Assembly (NCBI GenBank): GCA_963717505.1
Contig: OY970342.1
Coordinates: forward strand, 1,792,001 to 1,856,000
Length of the DNA stretch: 64,000 nucleotides
Origin: Candidatus Eiseniibacteriota bacterium
GTDB taxonomy: Bacteria; Eisenbacteria; RBG-16-71-46
Direction of reading: 5' to 3'
Positions 63,450 through 64,000 of this stretch are shown here, piece by piece. The notes beneath the pieces are model-generated. The model was given only the letters and a program-made list of their open reading frames with translations. It was not told the origin of the DNA and did not search any database. The stretch's first letter is position 1. Every line of letters starts with the position of its first letter. The translations under genes and the position numbers were made by a program.

Positions 63450-63466
63450 GGTTTCTGGCACCAGAA

Positions 63467-64000
63467 CTACAGCTGCCAGAGATAGCTGAACTTGGTGAAC
63501 ACGCTCGCGCTCTGCGGCGCCAGGTCCTCGGTTTCCTCGCCGTCGTACGTCGCGCCGTAGCCCAGATAGATAACGGTTCCCGGCCGCACGTAGTAGCTGA
63601 GCAGGATGTCGGGCACCAGCGACTGCGACTTCTCCGTCAGGTTGCCGCTGGTGTCGTAGCTGCGACGGGCTTGTAGCTCGGTGATCCAGCGCAGCGACAG
63701 CTCCCGCGTGAACTGGTACGAGAGCCTGAGCCGCGGGATCAAGGCCTCGCGGAACTTGGTGTCGTCCTGGCGCCACACGGTGGCGGCGTTCACGCTCAGG
63801 CCCCCGTCGAACTGAGTGCTGAACCGGAAGTCGCTCCACAGTTCCCAGCGGCGGTCGTGCCCGGGCACGGTCTCGGCGAACACGACCTGGTCGCCCCACA
63901 CGTAAGTGGCGCCGCCGCGCAGCGTCCGCCCGGCCTCGCTCCAGGCCCACATCGCGCGCCGGAAGATGTTGTCGAACTCGACCCCGTTGTGCCGAATGAA
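63467..64000 (-). CDS. C-terminal part of an outer-membrane beta-barrel protein (DUF5916-like), truncated by the window edge
   Basis: Amphipathic beta strands 'RLRLSYQF..LSLR', 'LLSYYVRPGTVIYLGY', terminal 'VFTKFSYLWQL'. Confidence 0.7.
   Translation of the reverse strand, partial: FIRHNGVEFDNIFRRAMWAWSEAGRTLRGGATYVWGDQVVFAETVPGHDRRWELWSDFRFSTQFDGGLSVNAATVWRQDDTKFREALIPRLRLSYQFTRELSLRWITELQARRSYDTSGNLTEKSQSLVPDILLSYYVRPGTVIYLGYGATYDGEETEDLAPQSASVFTKFSYLWQL

Overview
This is a GC-rich bacterial window. The many secreted proteins ending in a FlgD-Ig/T9SS-like C-terminal domain (CTD) suggest an FCB-related lineage such as Ca. Eisenbacteria, which is inference only. The most notable structure is a ~17 kb anoxia/N2O-respiration region (4.5-21.9 kb). 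It encodes a PAS histidine kinase plus an NtrC-type sigma-54 activator, a pseudo-receiver protein, Hsp20, a cytochrome c, an ADP-forming acyl-CoA synthetase, a universal stress protein and a clade II (Sec/lipoprotein) nos cluster. Four sigma-54 -24/-12 motifs are readable in the sequence, upstream of the pseudo-receiver, hsp20, usp and nos genes. The nos cluster lacks a recognisable nosL and instead carries a Cys-free cupredoxin-like gene and a His-rich DUF2231-like gene. Other notable items are a stand-alone trio of degenerate complex-I-like membrane subunits (the NuoN-like one lacks the conserved pumping lysines), about nine CTD-bearing genes or remnants, and a shared Cys-rich domain. Housekeeping genes include aceE, clpB, hisS, aspS and tRNA-Lys(CTT). 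Many small frameshifts, including a compensating pair in clpB, look like sequencing or assembly errors. All family calls come from motif recognition, not database searches.
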